The translations under genes and the position numbers were made by a program. From contig PLXZ01000004.1 in assembly GCA_003151615.1 (NCBI GenBank), positions 46,118 to 110,117 on the forward strand: DNA of 64,000 nt. Direction: 5' to 3'. Under the pieces are notes generated by a model. That model was not told where the DNA came from, made no database searches, and saw nothing but the letters and a program-made list of their open reading frames with translations. Source of the DNA: Candidatus Tayloriibacteriota bacterium. GTDB taxonomy: Bacteria > Patescibacteriota > Minisyncoccia > Phycocordibacterales > PALSA-1337. Positions 1-9,365 of the stretch are shown here, piece after piece; position 1 is the first letter of the stretch; every line of letters starts with the position of its first letter.

Positions 1-58
1 CGCGACGTCTGGGTGACATTCCACAAGAAATTCTGGAAAGTCTCGGTGGCGACGGCGG

Positions 59-643
59 ATGCGGAGCCTCTTTAATGATTGGCAATTATGTTTGAAAAGA
101 ATTAAATACCGTGATACATTTCAGTTAGGTATGAACACTACATTGTTGGAGATTAGTCCTGCGCTTCCAGACAGGATGGTCGAGAATCGGATATATTATC
201 AGTTGGAAAAGTTGGATTTGCAAAACATGCCGGACTTCCTCGCTGCATATTGCAAGTATTTCCGCTTCGGCTCGCCATTTTTTGGTTGGGCACATTTGGT
301 AAGTGCCGAACCGGAGTTATGGAATTCGACGATGGAATGGGGTATTGTGTTGAGCTGTCGCTGGAAATGGAGTGAAAAAGATACTATGCAAGCACTGCCT
401 ACCACGAGCTCTTTCGATAAGCGCACGATGGCTATCTGTGTATTTCACGAAATAATCCATCTTTTTCTGACTGTTATTGGATATCCGATACATGATGAAA
501 AGAAAATCGAAAAATGCTCAAAGAAACTTGCGAACACTCATCCTCAAATCCTGACCATGATAGAAGAATTCTATCCGGGATTTTCCGTTGAAAATCCGAT
601 TTTAAAGCGGCGATTCTACCATCGATCAATTGCCGTCCGCTGA
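59..643 (+). CDS. hypothetical protein with HExxH (HEIIH) zinc-metallopeptidase-like motif; AT-rich
   Basis: ORF track; HEIIH motif followed by HDEKK; low GC compared with neighbouring lepA; weak resemblance to ORF 37108-37626 (HELGH). Confidence 0.4.
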   Translation: MRSLFNDWQLCLKRIKYRDTFQLGMNTTLLEISPALPDRMVENRIYYQLEKLDLQNMPDFLAAYCKYFRFGSPFFGWAHLVSAEPELWNSTMEWGIVLSCRWKWSEKDTMQALPTTSSFDKRTMAICVFHEIIHLFLTVIGYPIHDEKKIEKCSKKLANTHPQILTMIEEFYPGFSVENPILKRRFYHRSIAVR

Positions 644-664
644 TTACTTATATGTTTATTGCAA

Positions 665-696
665 ACGCGCCAATTTTTAATTGGTGCGTCTTTTTG
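665..696 (+). terminator. weak hairpin plus T-run after ORF 59-643
   Basis: cgccaatt-ttt-aattggtgcg hairpin followed by tcttttt. Confidence 0.3.
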
Positions 697-723
697 TGTC
701 ATAAGAGTTTTATTTAAATATGA

Positions 724-1593
724 TTGCACAACATGCATGATATGATATGCTGTCGTAATATGGGACGGACAAAAATAATTCTTGAGAAAGAAAAATTAAG
801 ATCATTATACGTAGATGAAAATCTTACGCCGATGGCTATTTCCAAATTGTTCAATTGTAATTCCATAACTATCAGAAACCGGTTGAAAGAGTTCGGAATT
901 CCCTTGAAAGACCCTGCATTTGCGCGTATTCGCTCAAAACGCCTCGATTTTGACGGTAATTTACCGAATAAGGCATATGCTATCGGTTTTCGAATCGGCG
1001 ACTTAAACGTATACCGGCCTAGTGAAAAATCCCAGACGATTGTTGTGCGTTGTCATACGACACAGGACGATCAAGTTGAAATAATGAAGTCCCTTTTCGA
1101 ATCTTTTGGCAAAGTGTCCGTTTCCTTAAACAAAGGTCATTATCATGTCAATTGTTTTTTGAACAATACGTTTGGTTTTTTGCTGCCAAAAAATAGCGGT
1201 GCATGGGAATGGCTAAAAAATGACGACTCATTAATGCCATCTTTTATTGCCGGATATGTTGACGCTGAGGCAAATTTTATTTTGAACCAAGGCCGCGCCC
1301 GCTTCAAAATAGATTCCTATGACGTTGATATTTTGTCCTTCATCTCCTCGTGGTTGTCCTCAAAAGGCATGAATAATCCTTTCCGCAGAATTTATAAGAA
1401 AGGCGATGTGTGGAAAGGCAAGTATCCTTTAAATGAGGATTTGTGGAGACTCAACATAAATGATATGGTGTCTCTTGAGGGCTTCATTCGACTTATGATG
1501 CCTTTATTACGGCATAAAAAGAGACTTAGTGATATGAAGGTTTGTCTGAAAAATATCAACGAAAGAAAAACCAAAAAATATGGAACCAAGTAG
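724..1593 (+). CDS. free-standing HTH + double-motif LAGLIDADG homing-endonuclease-like protein
   Basis: N-terminal HTH-like segment (LTPMAISKLFNCNSITIRNRLKEFGI); two LAGLIDADG-like motifs (AYAIGFRIGDLNV and FIAGYVDAEANF); AT-rich; overlaps lepA start by 14 nt. Confidence 0.55.
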   Translation: MHNMHDMICCRNMGRTKIILEKEKLRSLYVDENLTPMAISKLFNCNSITIRNRLKEFGIPLKDPAFARIRSKRLDFDGNLPNKAYAIGFRIGDLNVYRPSEKSQTIVVRCHTTQDDQVEIMKSLFESFGKVSVSLNKGHYHVNCFLNNTFGFLLPKNSGAWEWLKNDDSLMPSFIAGYVDAEANFILNQGRARFKIDSYDVDILSFISSWLSSKGMNNPFRRIYKKGDVWKGKYPLNEDLWRLNINDMVSLEGFIRLMMPLLRHKKRLSDMKVCLKNINERKTKKYGTK

Positions 1594-3397
1594 GATCAGA
1601 AATTTTTCAATAATGGCACATGTGGACCACGGTAAATCGACCTTGGCTGATAGGATGCTGGAAATTACGGGAACAATAGAGAAGAGGAAAATGCAGGAAC
1701 AGGTTCTTGATAGCATGGAACTGGAACGTGAAAGAGGCATAACGATCAAAATGCAACCCGTTCGGATGAATTATAAAAATTATGTCCTCAATCTCATCGA
1801 CACGCCGGGGCATATCGATTTTTCATATGAAGTTTCGCGTGCGTTGAAAGCCGTGGAGGGTTCGATTTTACTCGTCGACTCGACACAAGGCGTTCAAGCG
1901 CAGACACTGACGACATTGAACATGGCGCGTGAATCGGGCTTGAAAATTATTCCTGTCGTTTCGAAAATCGATTCGCCGTTGGCGCGCATTCCCGAAGTCA
2001 TGAAGGAAGTATGCGAGTTGCTCGAATGCGACGAAAGTGAAGTTCTGAAAGTCTCCGGAAAAACGGGGGAGGGTGTTGCGGATTTGCTCGATCAGGTCAT
2101 TGCGAGGGTGCCGGCTCCGTCTGCGCCGCATGTCGCAGGTCAAAAAGACCACGGCGCCGTGACGACTGGTGATTTTCAATCCCTCGTCTTCGATTTTCAA
2201 TATTCAAACCACAAAGGCGTCATCGTCTATGTCCGCGTCATGAACGGATCGGTTTCGAAAACAGCCCCGCTGAAATTCAAAGTCTCGAACGAAATTTTCA
2301 ACGCGCAGGAAGTCGGCATTTTTGCCCCGGATGATACACCGACGGAATCGCTTTCGGCAGGTGAAATCGGATATATTGTGACAGGTATCAAACAGCCGGG
2401 CATCGCATCGGTCGGAGACACGGTTGCTTCAGTTCGCGACACGATGCCGCCGTTGCCGGGATATATGAGTCCGCGTCCCGTCGTATGGGCTTCAATCTAT
2501 CCGGAATCGCAGGATGATTTCACAGCATTGAAAGCGGCTCTTGGAAAACTGCGTTTGTCGGATTCTTCGTTTACGCACGAGGAAGAATCGTCTGGTTCGC
2601 TTGGCCGCGGCTTCCGTTGTGGATTTCTCGGAATGCTCCATCTCGAAATTATTACCGAACGCCTGCGCCGTGAATTTAACTTAAATCTCGTTGTTACGAC
2701 GCCATCGATCACCTATGTGGCAGAATTAAAAAACGGAAAAACAAAAACAATATATTCTCCGGCCATGTTCCCGGAAGATCATGAAATTTCGCGCGTTCTG
2801 GAGCCTCTCGTTAAAATGAAAATCATCACTCCTCCGTCATATTTGGGCGCGCTCATGCAGGCCGTTTTCGATCATGAAGGCGAAGTGCAGACCACCGAAA
2901 ATTTCGGCGAAAACCGCACGTCACTCACCCTCATCATGCCTCTGCGCGAGTTGATGCGAAATTTTTTTGATGAAGTGAAAAGCATTTCGTCCGGTTTCGC
3001 ATCCATTTCGTATGAAGTGGCCGAGAGCAGGGAAGCCGACGTCGTTCGTATGGACATTCTGGTCGCGGATGATGTCGTGCCGGCATTTTCCCGCGTCGTT
3101 TCCCGCCGCCGCGCCGAAGAAGAGGGCAAATCAGCCGTTGAAAAACTTCACAAAGTCCTCCCGCGCCAGATGTTCACCATGAAAATCCAGGCAAAGGCCA
3201 TGGGGCGTATCATCTCCTCCGAAACTTTGTCGGGCATGAAAAAAGACGTCACTCAGCACATGTACGGCGGCGATATTACGCGAAAAATGAAGCTCCGCGA
3301 AAAGCAGAAAAAAGGCAAGAAAAAAATGGAGGCAATCGGCCGCGGCAAAGTCAACATTCCGCAGGAGGTTTTTTTGAAGATGATGAGGGCGGATTAA
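1580..3397 (+). CDS. lepA: elongation factor 4 (LepA)
   Basis: IRNFSIMAHVDHGKSTLADR G1 motif, DTPGHIDF, full-length 605 aa typical of LepA. Confidence 0.95.
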   Translation: MEPSRIRNFSIMAHVDHGKSTLADRMLEITGTIEKRKMQEQVLDSMELERERGITIKMQPVRMNYKNYVLNLIDTPGHIDFSYEVSRALKAVEGSILLVDSTQGVQAQTLTTLNMARESGLKIIPVVSKIDSPLARIPEVMKEVCELLECDESEVLKVSGKTGEGVADLLDQVIARVPAPSAPHVAGQKDHGAVTTGDFQSLVFDFQYSNHKGVIVYVRVMNGSVSKTAPLKFKVSNEIFNAQEVGIFAPDDTPTESLSAGEIGYIVTGIKQPGIASVGDTVASVRDTMPPLPGYMSPRPVVWASIYPESQDDFTALKAALGKLRLSDSSFTHEEESSGSLGRGFRCGFLGMLHLEIITERLRREFNLNLVVTTPSITYVAELKNGKTKTIYSPAMFPEDHEISRVLEPLVKMKIITPPSYLGALMQAVFDHEGEVQTTENFGENRTSLTLIMPLRELMRNFFDEVKSISSGFASISYEVAESREADVVRMDILVADDVVPAFSRVVSRRRAEEEGKSAVEKLHKVLPRQMFTMKIQAKAMGRIISSETLSGMKKDVTQHMYGGDITRKMKLREKQKKGKKKMEAIGRGKVNIPQEVFLKMMRAD

Positions 3398-3412
3398 TGC
3401 ATCATGACAATA

Positions 3413-3519
3413 CGAGCACATGTCTTTTCAAGAAACCGGCATACTTTTCTGGTGAAAAGTTGCCTCACTCTCAGTCGCCTACGCTCCTTCCGAGAGTTTC
3501 TTTCCAAGACATGTGCTCG
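3413..3519. repeat. 107-bp imperfect inverted repeat (24-nt arms, 4 central mismatches, 59-nt spacer containing a nested 7-bp hairpin)
   Basis: cgagcacatgtcttttcaagaaac (3413-3436) versus reverse complement of gtttctttccaagacatgtgctcg (3496-3519); inner acttttc/gaaaagt hairpin at 3443-3460; lies between convergent lepA and the minus-strand membrane gene. Confidence 0.6.
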
Positions 3520-3547
3520 TATTATCAGGGTACGTTAGACCCTCTTT

Positions 3548-3883
3548 CTATAGACTGTAAATTAAATCCCTCAATCGAATGATATAGATTGAGGCATTAC
3601 CCCAAGCAAAGGGAAGCCAGAGAGGCACTCCAATGATGATAGGCTCTGCATACGTCCATGCTCCAAAATGAATTGCAATTGATTCTGCAATGGGGCCGCT
3701 TATCATTACTATTATATAAAGCAAGCACTCTTTCCAACTTCGGTTAATTAAAAGCATAACAATTGCGGTTATTATGAGAAGCGCAACAGCAGTTTCAGAT
3801 TGATTTTTAAATACCAAAGGAATTACAAGACTCAACAGAGCTAATGGACAAGTGAGCAAGAAATTCTTTAACTCCTTAGACAT
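3548..3883 (-). CDS. hypothetical polytopic membrane protein
   Basis: ORF track; several hydrophobic helices. Confidence 0.4.
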   Translation of the reverse strand: MSKELKNFLLTCPLALLSLVIPLVFKNQSETAVALLIITAIVMLLINRSWKECLLYIIVMISGPIAESIAIHFGAWTYAEPIIIGVPLWLPFAWGNASIYIIRLRDLIYSL

Positions 3884-4031
3884 TACGCGTTATAGCTGAT
3901 CGCAGGGAAGTAGAGCATGATCATCGAAATGACGATGAGGATGCCGATGGCGAGCATGATTCCGTTCAAAAGTTTTCGGTGTTTTGGGTTGAAAAGCATA
4001 TATTTTTTGTGGCTGTAGTATACTATATCGT

Positions 4032-4412
4032 ATGCTTGAATTCCAGCAGAAACGTCGCATACGAAAAATCATCTACTCGCCGGTGGTTTTGATTTTACTG
4101 GCCCTTATCGCGGCACTTTTTATCAGGGCGGCATGGAACATTCATATAAAGGAAGCAGAAAGCCGCGCATATTTGGCCCAGGCCCAGGCTCAGCTCGATA
4201 ATTTGTCGGCCCAACAGCAGACGCTTCAGCAATCAGTTGACGTTCTCAGCACTCCGCAGGGCAAGGACGCCGAAATTCGCAGCGAATATCTGGTGGTGAA
4301 GCCGGGCGAACAGGTTGCGGTCATTGTTGACTCCGCCGCCGCAACCGACACCGCCACTTCGACTCCCGACAACGGTTTTTGGGCGAGTATAGCGCACTTT
4401 TTCCATTTGTAA
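4032..4412 (+). CDS. hypothetical membrane-anchored coiled-coil protein (FtsB/DivIC-like topology)
   Basis: N-terminal TM helix followed by a Q/A-rich coiled-coil segment. Confidence 0.3.
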   Translation: MLEFQQKRRIRKIIYSPVVLILLALIAALFIRAAWNIHIKEAESRAYLAQAQAQLDNLSAQQQTLQQSVDVLSTPQGKDAEIRSEYLVVKPGEQVAVIVDSAAATDTATSTPDNGFWASIAHFFHL

Positions 4413-5465
4413 TTAGGTTTTGATATTCAGTATTTTATTTGTTTTTGCCGATCGGTAGAGCCCTTCAAGAAGTTTCATGACGACTACGTTATCAGTACCG
4501 TCTGCCATGGGTCTTCGTTTAGTCGCGATAGCCCGCTCGAATTCCGTTAATTCTTCGCGCCATGAGATATCCTCGCCGGGAAATTCGTATATTGTCTCAT
4601 TGTATGGCTTGCCCAACTCCTCCTCAATTCCGACCGTGAGTTTTTCGGTGCCGTAGCTTCGTCCAAGACCGTCGATAAAAAGATAGCCTTTTGTTCCGAA
4701 TATCTCAAATGAAAATTTGTTTTTCCACTGGGTGACGCTTGCATGAAAGCTTGCAACTTGGCCTTTTTTATTCAACATCTGACAGAACGCATTGTCCTCA
4801 AGGTCGCTTTTTTTCCAAAACAAATTGCGTGTCGTCGCAAAAACTCTGTCAAATTCTCCGATGAACCAATTGGCGAGATCGATGACGTGCACTCCCTGAT
4901 CGTACAATTCTCCGCCGCGTGAGAATTTTTTTTGCATGCGCCATTCACTGCCGTAGCCTTTTCGGCCGCCATGGCCGTAGACGGCTCGGATGTACATAAT
5001 ATTTCCAATGGCCCCTTCCTTAAAAAGTTCGTGCGCTTTCATGATTGCGGGATGATGGCGATGGTTGAATCCCGCTTTCAGAACCTTGCCGCTTCGTTGT
5101 GCCGCTCGAGATATCTGTGCAGCATCCGCCGCCGTATTTCCAAGAGGTTTTTCGGCCAGGACGTGTTTTCCGGCTTTGAAGGCGTCTCTGACGATTTTAC
5201 TTGTAATATGCGGCGGTGTCGCGATGACCACTGCCTCGATCGTCGGATCGGCCAGCAATGCCTGATACGATGGATATTGAATGACGGGAATTTTTGGGAT
5301 GTTGGCGATTGCCGTTGATTTTGCTTTATCGACATCAAAAATACCGTGTGAGATGATCGACTTCATCTGTTGTATTGCATTGAAACGCTTCGTTCCGATC
5401 ATTCCAAGCCCTATGATTCCGACGCGTAATGGATGAGTATTGGGCTTGATGTTATTTTTTTTCAT
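4413..5465 (-). CDS. Gfo/Idh/MocA family NAD(P)-dependent oxidoreductase
   Basis: VGIIGLGMIG Rossmann motif, EKP motif, C-terminal alpha/beta domain. Confidence 0.85.
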   Translation of the reverse strand: MKKNNIKPNTHPLRVGIIGLGMIGTKRFNAIQQMKSIISHGIFDVDKAKSTAIANIPKIPVIQYPSYQALLADPTIEAVVIATPPHITSKIVRDAFKAGKHVLAEKPLGNTAADAAQISRAAQRSGKVLKAGFNHRHHPAIMKAHELFKEGAIGNIMYIRAVYGHGGRKGYGSEWRMQKKFSRGGELYDQGVHVIDLANWFIGEFDRVFATTRNLFWKKSDLEDNAFCQMLNKKGQVASFHASVTQWKNKFSFEIFGTKGYLFIDGLGRSYGTEKLTVGIEEELGKPYNETIYEFPGEDISWREELTEFERAIATKRRPMADGTDNVVVMKLLEGLYRSAKTNKILNIKT

Positions 5466-6303
5466 AAAAAAACTGATTGTCTATTCTGCGCAACGTGTAT
5501 TCGGAGTTGCCGTTGATTCGGACGACTTCTTTCGCGGTGAGTTTCTTCCATGGATCCCATTTTGCGCTGACGAGCTTTCCCGTCAGTCCGTGAGATTTAT
5601 TCGAGCTGAGGGAAAATACGAGGTCGGCGGCAAGATCCGGCGAATCGCCGCCGCTCTTGTTTTGACCGAGCATTTTTTTATAGTAATCGTTTCCGGCCTT
5701 TTTTGGACCCGCAGCAAGAGTATTTTCCATGAATGCTGTTTTAATGACGCCCGGCGCTACGGCATTGATGCGGATGCCGTATTCGCTATATTCTCGCGCA
5801 AGATTTTCAGTCAGACGAACCACTGCGGCTTTGGAAGCCGCATACGAACTGAAGTTTGGCAGTGGCTGGACGGCGCCGCCGCCGGAAAAATTGATGATGC
5901 TTCCTGATTTTTTCTTTACCATATATGGCAGTACCGCATGACACAGACAAGCGGTGCCGACAAGGTTTATGATCAGGGTTTCTTTCCAATCGGAAAATAA
6001 ATTGCCGTGAAACGGACCTACCGGACCAAGAATTCCCGCAGCGTTGACGAGCACGTCGATCGATTTGAATTTTTTATGAATCGCCGCGGCGATTTCTTTT
6101 GTCTTTTTTTCGTCGGTAACGTCAAGACGGTACGCAAAGCATTCTCCTATGTCGGCAATCTCTCGCCGTACTAAGGCAAGCGTCTTTTTGTTTCGGGAGA
6201 GAAGGACGACAGTATCTCCTTCGGCTGCAAATTTTTTCGCTGTCGCTGTGCTGAGGCCGCCGCAGCCCGTAATCAGTATTATTCGTTTCTTGGTTTTGGA
6301 CAT
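5452..6303 (-). CDS. SDR family short-chain dehydrogenase/reductase
   Basis: ITGCGGLS glycine motif, NAAG, YAASKAA catalytic YxxxK. Confidence 0.85.
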   Translation of the reverse strand: MSKTKKRIILITGCGGLSTATAKKFAAEGDTVVLLSRNKKTLALVRREIADIGECFAYRLDVTDEKKTKEIAAAIHKKFKSIDVLVNAAGILGPVGPFHGNLFSDWKETLIINLVGTACLCHAVLPYMVKKKSGSIINFSGGGAVQPLPNFSSYAASKAAVVRLTENLAREYSEYGIRINAVAPGVIKTAFMENTLAAGPKKAGNDYYKKMLGQNKSGGDSPDLAADLVFSLSSNKSHGLTGKLVSAKWDPWKKLTAKEVVRINGNSEYTLRRIDNQFFYEKK

Positions 6304-6359
6304 AAGATTAGTATATCCTCGCTCGTCCGTATTCTCAAGGTTGCATGAAACAAGATTAG

Positions 6360-7430
6360 ATGTATAATTTTGGCGTGGCTACAGATTCTCTCAAAAAAAC
6401 ACCAAGATCGGGCAGGGAGCGTGCTGTCATTATTACTCAAACGCCCATGCGGATCACTCTGGCAGGAGGGGGTACTGATGTTGATTGGTACAGCATGGTT
6501 AAAGGGGGGGCGTGGATTAGCGCATCTATAAACCGCTATCTTTTGGTCACGCTCACAATGACGGAAGATCAAGATTTCATCGGCTATTCCTATGGACAGG
6601 AAGCCATCCAGGGAAATTCGTATAAAGACATACCAAATCCTTACGTAAAGGCATGTCTCGCCCATACCGGGGTTACCAAGGGTGTCAACGTATCTATTAC
6701 GTCGGAAGTTTCCGGAAGATCGGGTCTGGGGGGGTCTGGCGCCCTTGAAGTAGGCTTGCTCAATGCCTTATATACGTATAAAGGTGAATCGATTTCAAAA
6801 ATGCTTCTCGGAAAAAAAGCTTTTATTATTGAACGGGTAAAACTAGGCAGGGATTATATAGGACCCCAGGATCAATATAGCGTATCAATTGGTGGGATAA
6901 ATTATTATGAACGGGACACGAAAGGAAATATGACCGTCGAGCCTTTACAGCTTTCCCTACATACTATTTCAGAATTGGAATCGAACCTTCTTTACTTCAG
7001 GACCGGAATTTACAGGGATGCAGGGACCGCCCTCGCTGATCAAAAGAATCACGCTACATCGCCTGCGTCACGTCGCACTTCAAAGCAGTTCAAGGCACTC
7101 GATGACATTAAAAAACTTGGCCAAAAGGCAAAACAGTATTTGCTTGACGGAGACGTCGACGCATTCGGCAGGACTTTTCATGAGCATTGGACCATAAAAA
7201 AAATGCTATCCGATAAAATTTCCAATCCTCAGATCGACAGATGGTACGCGGAGGCCATGAAGATGGGCGCATTAGGCGGTAAAATAATGGGAGCCGGCGG
7301 CGGCGGCTGGTTTGTTTTCTACGTCAATAAAAATAAAGCCGCTTTCAGAAAAAAAATGACAGAATTGGGATTGGAGGAGAGAAAAATAAGGTTCGATTTT
7401 GAGGGAACCAAGACGCTTATTAATTTTTAA
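6360..7430 (+). CDS. GHMP-family sugar kinase, probable D-glycero-alpha-D-manno-heptose 7-phosphate kinase (HddA-like); the true start may lie inside the ORF
   Basis: VIITQTPMRITLAGGGTD N-terminus, GSGLGGSGA GHMP ATP motif, MGAGGGG; sits in a heptose-pathway context. Confidence 0.7.
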   Translation: MYNFGVATDSLKKTPRSGRERAVIITQTPMRITLAGGGTDVDWYSMVKGGAWISASINRYLLVTLTMTEDQDFIGYSYGQEAIQGNSYKDIPNPYVKACLAHTGVTKGVNVSITSEVSGRSGLGGSGALEVGLLNALYTYKGESISKMLLGKKAFIIERVKLGRDYIGPQDQYSVSIGGINYYERDTKGNMTVEPLQLSLHTISELESNLLYFRTGIYRDAGTALADQKNHATSPASRRTSKQFKALDDIKKLGQKAKQYLLDGDVDAFGRTFHEHWTIKKMLSDKISNPQIDRWYAEAMKMGALGGKIMGAGGGGWFVFYVNKNKAAFRKKMTELGLEERKIRFDFEGTKTLINF

Positions 7431-7441
7431 TCTATAATGCG

Positions 7442-8023
7442 ATGAAACCATCTTTAAACTACAGTGCGGCATATCTTGATGCAGTTCAAAAACTTACCGC
7501 TACCATTGATCCGGACGAAATCGAAAAAATAGTGGGTCTTCTCGTTGATGTAAAGAAAAGGCAAGGACGGCTTTTTCTGCTTGGCGTGGGAGGCTCGGCC
7601 GCCAACTGTTCCCATGCGGTGAATGATTTCAGAAAGATTTGCGGCATTGAGACGTATGCGCCTACCGATAACGTATCTGAGCTTACCGCGCGGGCAAATG
7701 ATGACGGATGGGATACCATCTTCAGCAACTGGCTCAAAGTGAGTAAGCTTTCTTCAGACGACATCGTCATGGTTTTTTCCGTCGGCGGCGGGAATGTAGA
7801 AAAAAACATAAGTACTAACATAGTAAAAGCCCTACAGCTAGCCCAAGAAGTGGGGACCACGATTACAGGTATCGTCAGCAGAGACGGAGGATATACGAGA
7901 AAAGTCGCTCACGCTTCAATCCTGCTTTCGGTTTCGGAGTCGCACCTCGTTACTCCTTTGGCAGAAAGCTTCCAGGCTGTGATATGGCATGCAATTGCAA
8001 CTCATCCTTCTCTAGCCAAATAA
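7442..8023 (+). CDS. gmhA: SIS-domain phosphoheptose isomerase (GmhA)
   Basis: RLFLLGVGGSAANCSHAVNDF SIS motif; about 190 aa. Confidence 0.8.
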   Translation: MKPSLNYSAAYLDAVQKLTATIDPDEIEKIVGLLVDVKKRQGRLFLLGVGGSAANCSHAVNDFRKICGIETYAPTDNVSELTARANDDGWDTIFSNWLKVSKLSSDDIVMVFSVGGGNVEKNISTNIVKALQLAQEVGTTITGIVSRDGGYTRKVAHASILLSVSESHLVTPLAESFQAVIWHAIATHPSLAK

Positions 8024-8737
8024 ATTATTGCGGACGTCACGTTCGGCTTGTTCAAGGGTTTTTTGGGTCCCAATGTCGATAAAATAAGCTGAAGTTGGGA
8101 ATACGGAAATCTTCTTGTGCAAGGATAGGAGCTTTGGGAATAAATCCGTTGAAAAATCGATTTTTTTATTTTTTGGAATGTATTCGAAAATCTCGGGAGA
8201 ACAAATATAAAAAGATCCGTTTGACCAGGCAAAATTGTCTATCAAGTTTTTTGTGTTTGTGAATTCCTTAAATCCCGTTAATTCATTGTTTGTATTAAAG
8301 GCAAGGGAACTTTTGAAATTGACTCCGCGATGTTTGTATACGTTGAGAGTTACGATACTTTTTGAACTTTCATGGAGCGCTATCATTTTTTTGATGTCTA
8401 ATATACGGAGCGTATCCGCATAGGTAACAATAAATGACTCCGAAATATATTGCCGTGCGGAAAGAATAGCTCCTGCGGTACCAAGGGGTGTTTTAGGATC
8501 CTCTAATGTGTACGTTATGTTTACGCCAAAATCCGATCCATCCTTAAAGTATTCCGTTATTATATCCGGAAGATAACACAGTGCGATGATAATATCTGTG
8601 ATGCCGGCTTCTTTCAACAGATGTATGGTGTAGGCCAAAAGAGGCTTTCCGCCAACTTGTATCATCGGTTTTGGAACGCGATCGGTGAGAGGTCGCAACC
8701 GTTCACCTTTCCCTCCCGCTATAATGATGGCTTTCAT
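8012..8737 (-). CDS. sugar-phosphate nucleotidyltransferase (heptose-1-phosphate guanylyltransferase HddC-like)
   Basis: MKAIIIAGGKGERLRPLTDRVPKPM signature of NTP-sugar transferases. Confidence 0.75.
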   Translation of the reverse strand: MKAIIIAGGKGERLRPLTDRVPKPMIQVGGKPLLAYTIHLLKEAGITDIIIALCYLPDIITEYFKDGSDFGVNITYTLEDPKTPLGTAGAILSARQYISESFIVTYADTLRILDIKKMIALHESSKSIVTLNVYKHRGVNFKSSLAFNTNNELTGFKEFTNTKNLIDNFAWSNGSFYICSPEIFEYIPKNKKIDFSTDLFPKLLSLHKKISVFPTSAYFIDIGTQKTLEQAERDVRNNLFG

Positions 8738-8738
8738 A

Positions 8739-9338
8739 TTATGTGAATAATTTTTTTAAGATTTTTAGAGTTTCTTTATGGTTTTTTACCGCGTGAATGG
8801 CAGGATATGCTTTGTTGGCTTCTACTTTTTTCGGCAAATCGTTGTCGTGAAGAAAAAGTATTGTTGTACATCCTACAAGCTTTCCGGCCTCCATGTCGGT
8901 TATATTATCGCCAATTAAGACGCTTGATTCAAGGTCTATATCCTGTTCCTGTGCGGCACGCAACAACAAGCCTGGTTTTGGTTTCCGACAATCACAAATG
9001 ATTCCAAATTCCGGGTGCGACGATTTCGGATGATGAAAGCATCTGTATGTTTTGTCCACGGTAGCTCCTTTTACTCTTAAGAGATTATGGATTGAGCTCT
9101 CGATGTCCTCAAGAGTTCTCATGTCCATTTTCCCGAGCGCGACTCCAGGCTGGTTTGACACTTCAATTACGCTGATATTACGACTGTTTGCCCAGCCGAT
9201 GATTTCTTCAATGTTTTCGACGAGTCTGATTTGGCCTTTATTTTGAGGCGAGTCGAAAAAGCCGTCTTTCTGCATGACCATGGCGTTGATGATTCCGTCT
9301 CTGTCCATGAATAGGGCTCTTTTTTTCATATTTTGCAA
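8739..9338 (-). CDS. gmhB: D,D-heptose 1,7-bisphosphate phosphatase (GmhB, HAD family)
   Basis: ALFMDRDGIIN HAD motif I, histidinol-phosphatase-like layout. Confidence 0.8.
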   Translation of the reverse strand: MQNMKKRALFMDRDGIINAMVMQKDGFFDSPQNKGQIRLVENIEEIIGWANSRNISVIEVSNQPGVALGKMDMRTLEDIESSIHNLLRVKGATVDKTYRCFHHPKSSHPEFGIICDCRKPKPGLLLRAAQEQDIDLESSVLIGDNITDMEAGKLVGCTTILFLHDNDLPKKVEANKAYPAIHAVKNHKETLKILKKLFT

Positions 9339-9365
9339 TAAAATCGTCAGTTGCTATCTAAATAA

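Noticed and set aside
1-75. C-terminal fragment of an upstream plus-strand gene (RDVWVTFHKKFWKVSVATADAEPL*)
   Set aside because: Only 24 codons visible and no recognisable motif; too short to call
3397-3582. 61-aa plus-strand ORF immediately after lepA
   Set aside because: Entirely overlaps the 107-bp inverted repeat; no RBS; composition looks non-coding
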